From assembly GCA_051530055.1 (NCBI GenBank), contig CM121341.1:9836784-9900783 (forward strand): a stretch of 64,000 nucleotides of DNA, written 5' to 3'. The stretch is from Neoechinorhynchus agilis. Taxonomy: Eukaryota; Animalia; Acanthocephala. The position numbers and the translations under genes are program-made. Position 1 is the first letter of the stretch. Each line of letters starts with the position of its first letter. Under the pieces are notes generated by a model, which had not been told where the DNA came from, made no database searches, and was given only the letters and a program-made list of their open reading frames with translations. Shown piece after piece: positions 1 through 11,232 of this stretch.

Positions 1-59
1 TACGAAGTTGTGTGTTAGGATCGTAACTGGAAGCACTTGCCTGAACCATGTATTTAGTT

Positions 60-610
60 TTATCAACATTGATTGATAAACCACCAAGATTGTATGAGTA
101 AGTGAAAGCGTTTGCGTTCGTTTGAAGAGCTTCTAAGGTAGTTGCTGGAGTTCCATTATCGTCAGCGTATTGCAGCTCCGACTCATTTGTGGACGCTGTC
201 TTTGAAATCGATTTTAACCATCGAAGATTAAAAAGATCGCCATCACATTTGTATCTGATTTGTATTCCATTAACGTTTCGCATCTTTACATGGAATAGAA
301 CGGCCGCCATATACATCGAGAATAAAGTTGGAGCTAACACACATCCTTGTTTGACTCCTGAGGAAATTGAGAAACTCGGTCAGCAAGATGACCCATACAC
401 GACAATACCTCTGATGTCGTCATGAAATTTTTGGATTACATTGACGAATTTCTCCGGACATCCAAACTTTGACAGCACCGTCCATAATATTTGGCGCGGG
501 ACCGAGTCGAAAGCCTTTCTCAGGTCGAAGAATGTCATCATCATTGATTTTTCGAATAGTTGGCGAGCACACAGAATCATCTCAGAAGTTTTTCGGCCTG
601 GTCGGAATCC
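60..610 (-). mobile_element. Degenerate RTE-clade non-LTR retrotransposon, reverse transcriptase fragment
   Basis: Minus-strand translation gives QYGFRPGR..EMILCARQL, FFDLRKAFDSVPR, GVKQGCVLAPTLF and LQYADD, with an in-frame stop before GVKQG. Confidence 0.85.
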
Positions 611-1543
611 GTATTGAGATTCAGGGAGAATTTGTTCGCGGCGAAAACTAAAAACTAAAGATTTTCTTTGTCATTACAACAGCCCTCTCCCAATTGTCCA
701 TTTTTGAAAATCCGAAAGTTAATAATGCGGCACGAATATCAAGTAGTATTTCACAAGATAATTCCAGAATAAAGACTCGAAGGTCTAAAACGGATGTCAA
801 TTTCTCAGAATATCGATTAAATTAATTAGCATTAGTCATGGGGAGTTGAAGATCCTGTGTTTTTTTGATAAATACATAGAAACCTAAGATTTGGTGGTAG
901 TCTTAAATACCATCGATGAAATATCAACCTTCTTTTCACTCCCGATTGCCTCAAAACGATAACCAGGCGCAACCGCCGTATACTCTGATACCTGGGACTT
1001 TGGCAACGACATTCCATCTCTCCTCGAGACGGTCGATTTAAGCAGAAAAGACAAAACAGTACCACGGGATACTGTCTTCTTGGGACTTCACCTTCTCGAG
1101 CGCTAAGAACAACTTGTCCTTTTCATTTTCAAACGACCGCTGAAGTGGCCGATGCATCGATCCGTTGCTCTACATTTTAAAAACCTCTCTCGATTGAGAC
1201 AATTGGTGCCGTTCCCGCTAAGGAACTCTTAAAAATTGGCTTTTGGTGAAATTTTTGAACTACACCAACAAATAATTCGACGATTGCTTCAAATTATCGT
1301 TTGGGTGTGTGGCTATCGGGTAACATTTTGAGTGTATTTTGAATCCCTTAATGCCCATGAAAAATGCGGTTATAAGTTTTGTATTAATCCCCATCGAATT
1401 CTCAACTATAAATGGTTTGGCTATTTGTCGTGAACTCTTTAAAGAAATCAGATATAACTACGTCACGCCTGTGTAGAATTCTTCCAGATAAGTTCAACTG
1501 GCCCGTCTACCGACCGTCCCGCCACCTAATTTTCCAATTTCCA

Positions 1544-2008
1544 ATGATCCATCATAAACATGCCGAGTCTCGGGATCATCCAAAAGCAGGCGTTAGATTT
1601 GCTCCGGACGTTAAATCGGCTACTCACTCGATAGCAGTGGTGGACATTGGTAATGACAAATATAAGATAGATTTGGGAATTGTGAGCTGTGGTCATCATT
1701 TCCGTGTTCAATGTCCGGTACCTTTTGGAGTACCGAAGAAATGTGAGATTGTGAGACCAAACACCGGCGAACCGTGTGTTTGTGAAATTAGCGACGTTAA
1801 GGTCGTCGACGTTGAAGGAAATGAGTCACAAATCACCTTTTGCCTCAAAACCGATGAAAACTGTTCACTGATCAATCAGAAGATATTGATTCAAGAAGTG
1901 ACCGGAAAGGAAGAGAAGGTTGTCAGGGTCTTTGGGAAATGTATGCCAAAAGATGCCGGAACTCCTGCTCTCTTAGATGGAATCGTTCGATGTAACAGAA
2001 AGAACTGA
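1544..2008 (+). CDS. ADISSP: UPF0687 / C20orf27 (ADISSP) family protein
   Basis: C-terminal VRVFGKCMPKDAGTPALLDGIVRC resembles human C20orf27 VTVQARVMDRHHGTPMLLDGVKCV; N-terminal GVRF RVxF-like motif. Likely start is the ATG at 1544 within ORF 1412-2008. Confidence 0.7.
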   Translation: MIHHKHAESRDHPKAGVRFAPDVKSATHSIAVVDIGNDKYKIDLGIVSCGHHFRVQCPVPFGVPKKCEIVRPNTGEPCVCEISDVKVVDVEGNESQITFCLKTDENCSLINQKILIQEVTGKEEKVVRVFGKCMPKDAGTPALLDGIVRCNRKN

Positions 2009-4257
2009 AAATGGAGGACAAGAAATGTTCTAGGGATTGAAATCATCTACGATTGTCTGTAGAAGTTTAGGGAATAAAAGATCAATTTAAATCTGTGCTT
2101 AAGTTACTTTTTAGACGCTTTTGGGTGTGCTTTTTTGAGCGAATCGATGAAAATTTGTTACGACAAAATAAGGGAAATCCTGAAGAATTATTACATGAGC
2201 TATTAAAAAGAAGAATTCTATTCATTGTGCTCGAAGTTTTATAAGAAATCGTTAAGTATTTTAATCTTTTTAATGTCATTCTATTTTATTCGATTTACGC
2301 ATACATCTTTTAAGCTGCAAATAATTTTAAGAATTCTGTGATTATTACATCGTTTTGATTCTGCCTCACGGTCGCTAGGAAATCTAAGGAACAGGGAGCG
2401 CCGTTTGAATCTTCGGCAATTTCCAGAGCCATTAGCCCAAATTGGTGGATTCTATCGCTTATTGTCGTTTCAAAAAAAAATCGGCGTGTCCTCCGCGAGT
2501 AAGGCGTCAATAATTCAATTTCATAGAAGATCTTCTAAAATTTGAACAGTTGATTTTCCCCCGCACGCCAAATGCTATTATAAGATTTTAATCAAACAAT
2601 TAAAAGCCTCTCAACCCTACCACCACAATTTAAGCACAACACTCGTAATCCTAATTCTTTTCATCCTCCATCGACCTTGCACCTAACTCTACCTGTTAAG
2701 CAAGTTGCGCTGATCGATATGTAAAAGCGTCCGAACAAATAATGAGTCAAATCAGGTTTCTTCAAATTCGATTGCATTTCAGTTGCTCAAATTTTTAAAC
2801 TGATTGACAAGAAAAAACGATCGTCCTTCGTGTATATTGTGAACTTCAACGTATATCTCGAATACTCAAACTCATGTATTGTTCAAAAATGATTAAAGCG
2901 ATTTTATAAAAGTCAATAAAACGCAACTCGAAGTATTTATTCCATCACTGGAACCGATAAAATCTCGCGTTCATTCTTTAGAAAGTTCCGATATCTGGGG
3001 TTATTATTACTAAACAACGAGACCTGAAACAATATCACAGCAATTAAATAACGCGTAGAATTATTTTGGATTTTTTTGTAATATTCTCCAATCAAACATT
3101 TTCTAACAATGATCAAACACTATAGAGTTTTACAAATTAGAAACCAAACCAACTACAAAAACCAACTGGTTAAGCGTCTACGGGTATTCATTTTTCCAGG
3201 AGACGAACATTCCAGAAAAGAAGCAGGGCCAAAAATCTTATCGTACAATCTGAAGATTAAATCAAAAATAACCAAGCGTAGCTACGCGTCTACATTTTGC
3301 AAACAAAGATACAATATTCATTCTTAATATCTATTTATTAAAGCTTATGCAATTTAATTATAATAAAGTACAATAAAAAGGATTAACTAGCTAAAATTTG
3401 TTTAATTAAGTCAATATAAAAAGAATTCGCAATAGTTTTTATTAGCCATCGTTATTTAGAGTCCGTGTATTCGATCTACCAATTTTCATCTGTTTATATT
3501 TATTCCGACAAATACTCTGAAAATCTCTCAAATATAAAAATGTTTTAATTTCAAATAATGCTTATCGCATTCCCATTTCTTCAAAATGCCACAATTTTGC
3601 AATTCAAGATCGCATTTATTTTCTTTTAATAATACGTATGGACTGTACACCGATTATCCAACATTTGGAGCAGTTGCATATTATAATCTTGTGAAATACT
3701 TTTTGATTTTCCAGTTGCACGATTGATCAACTTTTGTTTTTTAATGGACATGTGGACGGGCTACTGTAGTGATAATGATAAAGAAAATCTTTAATTTGGA
3801 GCTTTTGCCGTCTTATGTCCTCCTCAGGAGTAGTTTAATTATTTTTTCGCACTTGATAAACGATTCCGGAGAAAGACGTTCGACGAGAAAAGCACGGAAA
3901 TAAAGATTTTTCCTTACATTGCAACAGCCCCTCCAATTGTCTATTTAAAAACGAAACTTGTTGCATATTATCAAAATTGGATCAACATTTTGGAGAATCT
4001 AACAGACAAACACATCATTATTGGCGTAGTTGAAACGAACATTTTGGAAGCAACGGATTCAGCCCTCAAAAAACTCTTGGTTCTGAAGTTATCGTAACAT
4101 TTTCGAGTCCAGAGTTTTCTCCAAAGAAATATATATCAAAAATGCTAACCAGAGAGCTACCTGATGCGTAAAAGACCAAAGACTTTTCCTTGCGCGAGAA
4201 ATCTTTTCGAATAATTCAACGACTAAACTCTTCGTCGAATGCTAACACTCACGCGAC

Positions 4258-4295
4258 ATGCAAATTTTCGAGGCCTCAACCTCCTTATCAAGCAT
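4258..4295 (-). ncRNA. Minimal type I hammerhead ribozyme of a Penelope-like element
   Basis: Minus strand ATGC-TTGATAA-G-GAGG-ttgagg-CCTC-GAA-AATT-T-GCAT: stem I ATGC/GCAT, core with U3-A8 covariation, 4-bp stem II, palindromic stem III AATT; lies about 50 nt 3' of the PLE ORF. Confidence 0.7.
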
Positions 4296-4346
4296 CAAAA
4301 ATCACATGTAGTAGTGGAGCTCATTTGATCCGTGGACGCAGGACCA

Positions 4347-4840
4347 TCAATTTCCGAGGTGACCCTTCACCCTATGCGCTACTGCACCACTGAGGTTATT
4401 TGTCGGAAGGACAAGAGCGAAGTTGCTCTTGTTGCCTTCCATTGTCCTCTCCGCGTTGATGAGAAAGGCTTCCTTGATCAGCCTTCTTTGGAGCCCGTTC
4501 TCCACCATTTTCACTTTCGCTCCTCCGAAGTCGATTGTGTGGTCGTTTTGCACGGCGTGGTTGGCGATGGCCGATGACACGTCATTCCGTTTGAGTGCGT
4601 ATTCATGCTGCCGCGCTCTTTTCCAAATACCCTGCTTCGTTTGTCCAATATAGAGACATGGTCACAGTTCTTGCAGTGTGCAGAGTAGACCACGCAATCA
4701 TTGCCTTGAGTTGCTCCGATTTCGACTTGAAAACGCTGTTCAAATTGCTCGCCAACGTCTTCATGATCGTATACGAAAAAGAGCTATTGGTAAAGTTCCC
4801 ACAATTATCGGAAAATGTTTCAACCAATATTTTCACAATA
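4347..4840 (-). mobile_element. Penelope-like element 3' fragment (RT thumb end plus GIY-YIG endonuclease), frameshifted
   Basis: Joining three frames gives VVYSAHCKNCDHV-YIGQTKQGIWKRARQHEYALKRNDVSSAIANHAVQNDHTIDF...RRLIKEAFLI, typical of the PLE GIY-YIG domain with CCHH residues. Confidence 0.85.
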
Positions 4841-5319
4841 TAACGAGTTTAGCTAATATGAATTTATCAATTAGTTAAGCGTTTGAGGTGGATTTGTTGA
4901 GAGGGAGAATTTGATTCAATAAATGGTTGAAAGTTGAGACTATCTCAGACTTGGAATTTTCCTCTAAATAAATACAATTAACCTTTTCTGCTTTTCCTAT
5001 TAAAGCGTGACTTCCACTTCACATTAAATGCGACGTTTTATTTTAAATTTAGAACCGTAAAAATTTCTGCCACTTCTTAGGTACGAGCCTAGAAAATGTA
5101 TTCCTTTAATTACACTTACCAATTGATCTACTCGATGATTCGTTACCGAAATTACGATCTTGTAACCAAAATAATTTAAGCTGCAGTTTCATTTTTGAAA
5201 TACTGTGTGATTTCTTTAATTACTTACTCCTATACTCCTGGTTCCATCTCAGGTAATGACTTTTATTAGAAAAAGTCTAAACCCCATGCGGACATATACA
5301 GCTTTGAATTATATAAAGT

Positions 5320-6008
5320 CTACGGTTTTTCATTTTTCTCCGATTCACCGTCATTTGATTCGGTAACCTCTTGTGCAGGTCCCATCGCCATTTGCCCCCT
5401 TGCACATTTTGCCATGTAGTCATCCAATTGTTTGTCGAGGAACTCCAATGTCACTCGATTACGTTTTCTGATGGGAAAATCGTTTCGTTGTCGCGACGCT
5501 CTTTTTCTAACTTGCTGAAATCTATTGAATTCTGGCGACCAAGGTCTTGCTTCACGCTCTTGACGATTGTACTGTCTTGTTTGTGCCCATTCATCGTAAT
5601 TTAATTTGGTAGTTTCTTGTGGAAGTCCCATCGCCATTCGCTCCCTTGCACATTTTGCCTTATAGTCGTCCAATTGCTTGTCGAGAAACTCCAAAGTAAC
5701 TCGGGGATGTTTTCTCTTCGGAAAATCGTTTCGTTGCCGTGACTCTCTTTTTCTAACTTGCTGCCTTCTATTGAGCTCTGGCGACCACGGTCTTGTTTCA
5801 CGCTCTTGACGATTGTCCTGTCTTGTTTCCTGCCAGTAATTTCGATATCTGTGATAATTTCGGTTTTGTGATGGCGGTCGATAGCTAGAATTTCGATTGG
5901 CTCTCCATTGAGGTGCATAAAAGTCCTCGTGGTGAATTTGATTGTACGTTGGCGAATCCTGTCCCCGGTGTTGTCGTTACTCACGTTTTTATTTGAAGTA
6001 TTTCGCAT
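5320..6008 (-). pseudogene. Disrupted paralog of the Arg-rich UBM/FoP-duplication protein at 53298-54098
   Basis: Frame is open from 5958 to 5320 (213 codons) with two VTLEFLDKQLDDY(K/M)AK motifs; high identity to 53520-54155 including the 3' UTR up to AATAAA. The 5' part is interrupted by a hairpin insertion and a LINE fragment. Confidence 0.65.
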
Positions 6009-6118
6009 GGTTTTCCTTGCCTCTTCAGTCTCTCTCTAGGCAAGGAAAATCTTGCGAAATATTTCAAATAAAAAATGAGTAACGACAACACCGGGGACAG
6101 GATTCGCCAACGTACAAT
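5941..6118. mobile_element. Foldback/MITE-like palindrome with about 82-bp arms and a 15-nt loop
   Basis: 5941-6022 is the near-perfect reverse complement of 6038-6118 (about 5 differences). Flank 6117-6142 matches 53494-53519, so the palindrome sits inside the paralog. Confidence 0.75.
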
Positions 6119-6179
6119 AAAAATTACTTTCATTATCTTGGCAGAACCTTTGCCTAGACTAAAATTACAATCATTGATG

Positions 6180-6880
6180 CACATAAGACTTCACACAATC
6201 CTTCACCTGAAACTCAACTCCTCCTTAGTTTCGTCATACGAGGTACTACAGCATCTCAAGAAATTACTTCGAAATTCATTTTCTCAATCCGAAACCCCAA
6301 ACTTGGTTCTCCGCTGCATCATCACCAAACTCATCGACCCTCTTACCCACATTATAAAACACAGCTTTTTATTTGGCACCTACCCACATGCCTGAAAACT
6401 GCTAACATTAGGTTTCCACCTAATCATTCCGTCCAATATCCATCCTACCCATCGCTCTTTCAAAAATCCTCGAAAAATGTTTTAAATCTCGCCTTCTTTC
6501 ACTTCCCAACGGAAAGTTATCGCCCCTACAATTCGGCTTCCGGCCCAAATTTTCTGCAACCGATGCCCTACTTTGCATTTATGGCACGCTTCTACGCAAC
6601 CTCGGCAATTATCTCTCCCGCGTCACCCGTATCATTCAACTTGATTTATCGAAAGCATTCGACTCCATGGACAATTCCCTCCTTCTCCCGGTCTGCTCAG
6701 TCTTTGGTCTCAACTCGTGGCAGATCCGCTGGCTCGAATTTTATTTTCACAATCGCATCCCAAGCGTACTTCAAGCTGCTGTGCTGTCACCACTTCTTTT
6801 TAGTATTTTCCTAAACGACCTCAAACCTCTCTCCTCTCACTCGAAACTTTTCTTATATGCAGACTGACGTAATAATTATG
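6180..6880 (+). mobile_element. Degenerate CR1/L2-type LINE reverse transcriptase fragment
   Basis: Across frames: IDPLTHIIKHSF..GTYP, QFGFRPKFS, QLDLSKAFDSMD, QAAVLSPLLFSIFLNDL, LFLYAD*; stops and frameshifts present. Confidence 0.8.
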
Positions 6881-8052
6881 CGCGACTAATTCTTCGTCGC
6901 CATAATTCAGCCGCTTACTAATCCGCTCGCACGTACGCATTCACGCATACTGTTATTTTTCAAGTTGAATAAAAATGTTTGTGTCCAACACACAGACGAT
7001 CTCACCCTCATCAACAGAAGTCATAAAGTCACTTTTTACATATAAATTCAGTGCCTTCAAAATCTATGCGATGTTGAATAGTTTCCTGGTAATTTGAAAT
7101 GGCGGATGAATGATCAAATCGTCGACATGCTTGTTTATGTTGGATGACTCTTTTCGGATGATCGATTTATACCTTGTCACATTGAGTCACACCCAGAAAC
7201 GAAGCGGATCATTGTGAAACCTTCTTCTTGAACGTGTTGCCAAATCTTGGAAAGCATCTTGTTCTTGAGGCTTTGCACACATCTCTGCGGCTAATAAAAT
7301 GGAAGACAATAAAGCGAATTTCAGCGTAAAACTACCTGCTAGCGACGTAGTTAAAATCAATAGAACACACACGATACAGTCGAGGGTTTACGAGCAGGAG
7401 AACATGGTTCCCGAACGTTGTTGGAAATAGCGAATCTGTCAACCGGAGCCTTTTAGATAAAACATAGAAAAGAACCATAACCAAAAACGTTTTTTTAGAT
7501 GATTGATAAGGCGAGGTTTCCCCGGCGAGTATATTCACCACAAATCATAACAAATAAACATATTACAAACCGGATTCGATAAAACAAGAAGTACAGTATC
7601 ATTTTCTTTAAATAGAGTCCATGGGTATACTTGAATTTACTTTTATTATAGGACCGATTTGTCTTTTGTTAAAACGTCAATTCTAGATTCTTTAGTCGTT
7701 CTTTTTGAACACAAAAGCACCGTTGGATTCTAAAACGATCTCATCGAAATTTATTAGACGCGAAAGTAACTTTTCATATATTTTTAACCGACAAAACTTG
7801 AGTCCGTTAAATAGAAATTTTGAGCAATCATATTATTATGATCTTTTTTCTATGCCGAGATTTGTTGGCCCAAAAACCAAGAAACGAATATTTTGCTAGA
7901 ATCTTAGCGTGTGATTATAAAAACCATTCGGTCTATGAACCAAACGGGTTTTCTAGAAAAATCACGTAAAAAAGGAAAGACGCAAAATCGATATTCAATT
8001 TTCGGTCATTAAAAGACATCGAAATTGATAAATTGTTCAAAAGAGCATTCAT

Positions 8053-8430
8053 ATGGTAAGATTTCAGATGGCTATTAATAAAGACGACGATTATTTTATC
8101 CGCTTCGACATGGAAATCGCCCGGGTGGACGAAGCGGCACTTGCTGATGACAGTATAACTTCGGACACTCCGATGGTGACCAGCACTTATCGACATTGCA
8201 TAAAGAACGACGAATTCGTCTCCAGTGAAGCCGAGATCGGAGCTTTTGTTGATAAACTGGAATCGGCGAGAGAGGATATTAATGAGTTTTTGAGTACTTT
8301 TATGCAGAATTGCGAAAGGAAGAATGAGAGTACAGTTGAAACGTACGGAAAGCGACTGAGACGGTGTTCAGAACGAAAAGCTACTGAAAGAACGACAACG
8401 GATGAACAGGATGCTCAAGGAACGGACTAG
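8053..8430 (+). CDS. Small acidic protein, possibly GON7/Pcc2-like KEOPS subunit
   Basis: 125-aa ORF; LESAREDINEFLSTFM resembles the fungal Gon7 motif LTGLQDDINEFLTGRM, followed by a charged tail. The family assignment is weak. Confidence 0.5.
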   Translation: MVRFQMAINKDDDYFIRFDMEIARVDEAALADDSITSDTPMVTSTYRHCIKNDEFVSSEAEIGAFVDKLESAREDINEFLSTFMQNCERKNESTVETYGKRLRRCSERKATERTTTDEQDAQGTD

Positions 8431-9599
8431 TTTATTTTTAATGTGTTTGTGAGCATTTGGCAGAACTTTTTTTCTCGTTAATTTTAAAGGTATAATCATG
8501 GAAGCTTTAATTCTCTTCGCTTGGTATAGTCAAATCCTCTATTTATTGGAACCAAATTGTAAAGAACTTTACATGGGCGTAATTTATGGTCAAATCCTCT
8601 ATTTATTAGGTCAAAAAACGATAGCGTCTCCACAAAATTTTAGAGTTTCATAAGGGTGTTTGAAGATTGAATTGTTAAGGTTTTTTATAGCGGAAAAGAC
8701 GAAAATAAAAACACTTAAAATATCTTGATAAACGCGTATTCCTTCAATTTTTCAGTCAGCTTTTGTAAAAAATTAACGTTTTTATGCTCATTATATGAAG
8801 AAAAATCTTTCGAGATGATCAAGTTCCCGGATCGCGAAATATTTTATTGAAAGATATTTCGAGTGGAGGAAGCCTCACCTCATCAGTCATGGTAAATTTT
8901 CGTAAAATATAATCGAAGGAAAAATATTCAACCTTTTAATCGCTTCGAAATTCATCGATGTTTTTCTAATTTCGTAGGCTGCAAACAATAACATTCAAAG
9001 GGGAAATTTGCACTGGATTGGGGGAGAAATTCCTACGTCGTTTTCTCGATCCTTATCCCGGAAACCATTGATTAACTGTCAAAGAGCGAAAGTTTTCTAC
9101 CGAAGAAAAATAAGGGATCGTTCACAGAGGGTTGATTGCAGCTTTGTCATCAAGACAGCCGAATAACTCCCGTGAATGACATTTGAATATGTGTTTTATA
9201 GGCGTTTTTGTCGCGTTTACAAGCAAGAGAATGCAGTGATGGTTTCAATATTCATTGCGTTTCCATCAAAAACGTGGAATTTTAAAAAAGAAAGTTGCTA
9301 CATACCGACTTAAGGGTTCTAATCCGAAACCTAATCTTTCTGATAAAAATAATAGAATTTAAGTTCTAAATTTCATGCCTTGTAGATATATGAATTTTGA
9401 AATGGAAACGTTTGCTAATCCGTTTTTATGAGCGACATTCGTGTGGAATTAAAAAAAGACGAAGTTGATTAGATCATTTGTTTAACCTTTTTAAATTCTA
9501 AAAAAGTTTGGTATCGTTTGTTAAATGAACACATTTTAACATTTTAAAATTGGAAATATTCACATTTATAAAAACTAAAGTTTAACTATGTCCTGAATT

Positions 9600-9990
9600 T
9601 CTTAGTTTCATGCCTCTAAAATTCGACCTGTCTCTATGTAGACACTTGATATTTTTAACCTTCATGACAACATTGTAAACACTACCCAAAGAACGAGAAA
9701 CCATTCTGCGCTGACATTTTCTAATGATATTAGATAACGTTCTTTTTCTATAGACTGGCAACTTTTCCTTATGTGTATGGCTAATTGATGATGCTTTTCG
9801 TTGAGACTTGTAAAGTATGCCACCAACCAAAAATCGTAAATCCATGAAAAAGATATTGTGAAAATGAACCAATCTGTAGACGCATAAAGCTTAAAACCTT
9901 TATTTTTTTGGATTTTCGAGCGCTGAAGTGATTATCCCCAGCATTGCCGATTTCTCTTGTTGGACACACAGCCCATCGATTTTAATGAGA
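9600..9990 (-). mobile_element. piggyBac-like transposase C-terminal relic
   Basis: Fragments KSMGCV, FSARKSKK and FHNIFFMDL..GGILYK resemble piggyBac YNKxMGGVD..RKTKKW..FF..LD..NAYILY; many stops. Confidence 0.35.
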
Positions 9991-10029
9991 GAAATGCATC
10001 ACACACTTTCTTAAGCTTCTCCCTATTCG

Positions 10030-10245
10030 GGGTCGCTTCAACATCCTCACACGGTCACGGATTTAGGGAGACAGTCCTTCCAACGCTTCTTGGGTCGCCC
10101 TCGCATAAAATCTATTAATACTCTGGATCATACGTGGTTATGAGTTTTCTACGAATCCTTGGATCCCTCCCTATGAAATGGCGGGACTCTCATCAGTAAG
10201 TTTCCTCTTCGCTTCAACGAGGTATTTCGTCTCCTTTGACGAATA
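10030..10245 (-). mobile_element. RTE-like LINE 3' end fragment; inverted partner at about 10400-10570, partial copy at about 21430-21490
   Basis: Encodes VLIDFMRGRPKKRWKDCL; shares cagagtattaatagattttatgcg and ggattcgta with the plus-strand copy at 10400-10525. Confidence 0.5.
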
Positions 10246-10293
10246 TTTTGAAATATGATAAACCAACCAAAAGTGGCAGAGTTTGTACATTTT

Positions 10294-10400
10294 GCAGATA
10301 TGCCGAGGTGGACTAGTGCCCCGAATACCTGTTTCAGGGGCATAAAGGGTTCAAATCCACGATCGCTAATAACCTACAACAACAACAACAACAACAACAA
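10294..10400 (+). mobile_element. tRNA-derived SINE-like sequence with (AAC)n tail
   Basis: A-box-like TGCCGAGGTGG (10301), B-box GGTTCAAATCC (10348-10358), acceptor-like GCAGAT/ATCGC ends, then about 8 AAC repeats. Confidence 0.5.
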
Positions 10401-11232
10401 AAGGAGGCGAGATACCTCATTGAAGGTAGGAAACTGCCTTCTTGGGAGATATCTAAGGATCCGGAGGGATTCGTACAAAACTCTAAACCGCGTACACTTC
10501 AGAGTATTAATAGATTTTATGCGCTTTTATGATCCAAGATATCGGTTGGTTGTGTGTCCAAGAGGATAATCACTTTAAAAACGGATATCCACACATATGA
10601 ATAGAAATATGATAAATATAACAAACCCATTAAAAAAATGACTATAAGCATAGACGTTCGTAATGTTTTGCCAAATTCAGTTGTTACAGATTCAAGGTTC
10701 ATAAAATACCATGACGATTCAGTCATGCTTTAATGACACAGAAAAGCATGGATGTTTTTTCTAAAGATTAGAAAACAATTTAAGATATTGTATTCTCTTA
10801 CGACATCTCAAACTGACGCCTGAATTATGAACCTTTAAGTATTTTGAGAGTATCACAAAATAGAGAGAAGACCGCTTTAACAATTTTTTAAATGGCAACC
10901 ATCAATGGATTAGAGCCCCATTAATAGACTCCATTTGCGTTACGTAAACAGCATCCGTGGAAATTTCCCAATTACTGACGGTCGGTTTCGTCCTGATTTT
11001 GTATTGGTGTAACCGATTCGAGTCGGTGTACTAAAAGAGATCATCCAAAAAACCACATGAGTACTTTTGAGCTGTATAAAAATGAGACTAGCGCCCCGTT
11101 TGCAATGATCGCATTTTCTAACGCTCTCAAGCTTCCCGAAATCGGAGCACAAACTCCGTATTTTTCCGCCACTAAACACTTATTGTCACTCACTCGCGCC
11201 GCCTCAGCCGCAGCCGCAGCCGTTACCACTTA

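Noticed and set aside
3400-4100. Faint Penelope RT-like words (RQLEG.AM; related stretch at 650-720) and a TTGATAA core at about 3853
   Set aside because: Too decayed to delimit; the hammerhead core lacks GAAA and stem III.
7187-7372. Signal-peptide-like ORF with RRR..DPLRF, a possible RFamide precursor
   Set aside because: RF is followed by W, not the amidation Gly; there are no repeated peptides and the start is not ATG.
10165-10240. CTGATGAGAGTCCC on the minus strand, hammerhead-like
   Set aside because: No GAAA closes stem II, and no stem III or cleavage triplet in either permutation; the segment is LINE-derived.
10900-11229. Minus-strand spliceable ORF head-to-head with the first SDR
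   Set aside because: It starts at GTG with an upstream stop, has no ATG, and no family is recognisable.
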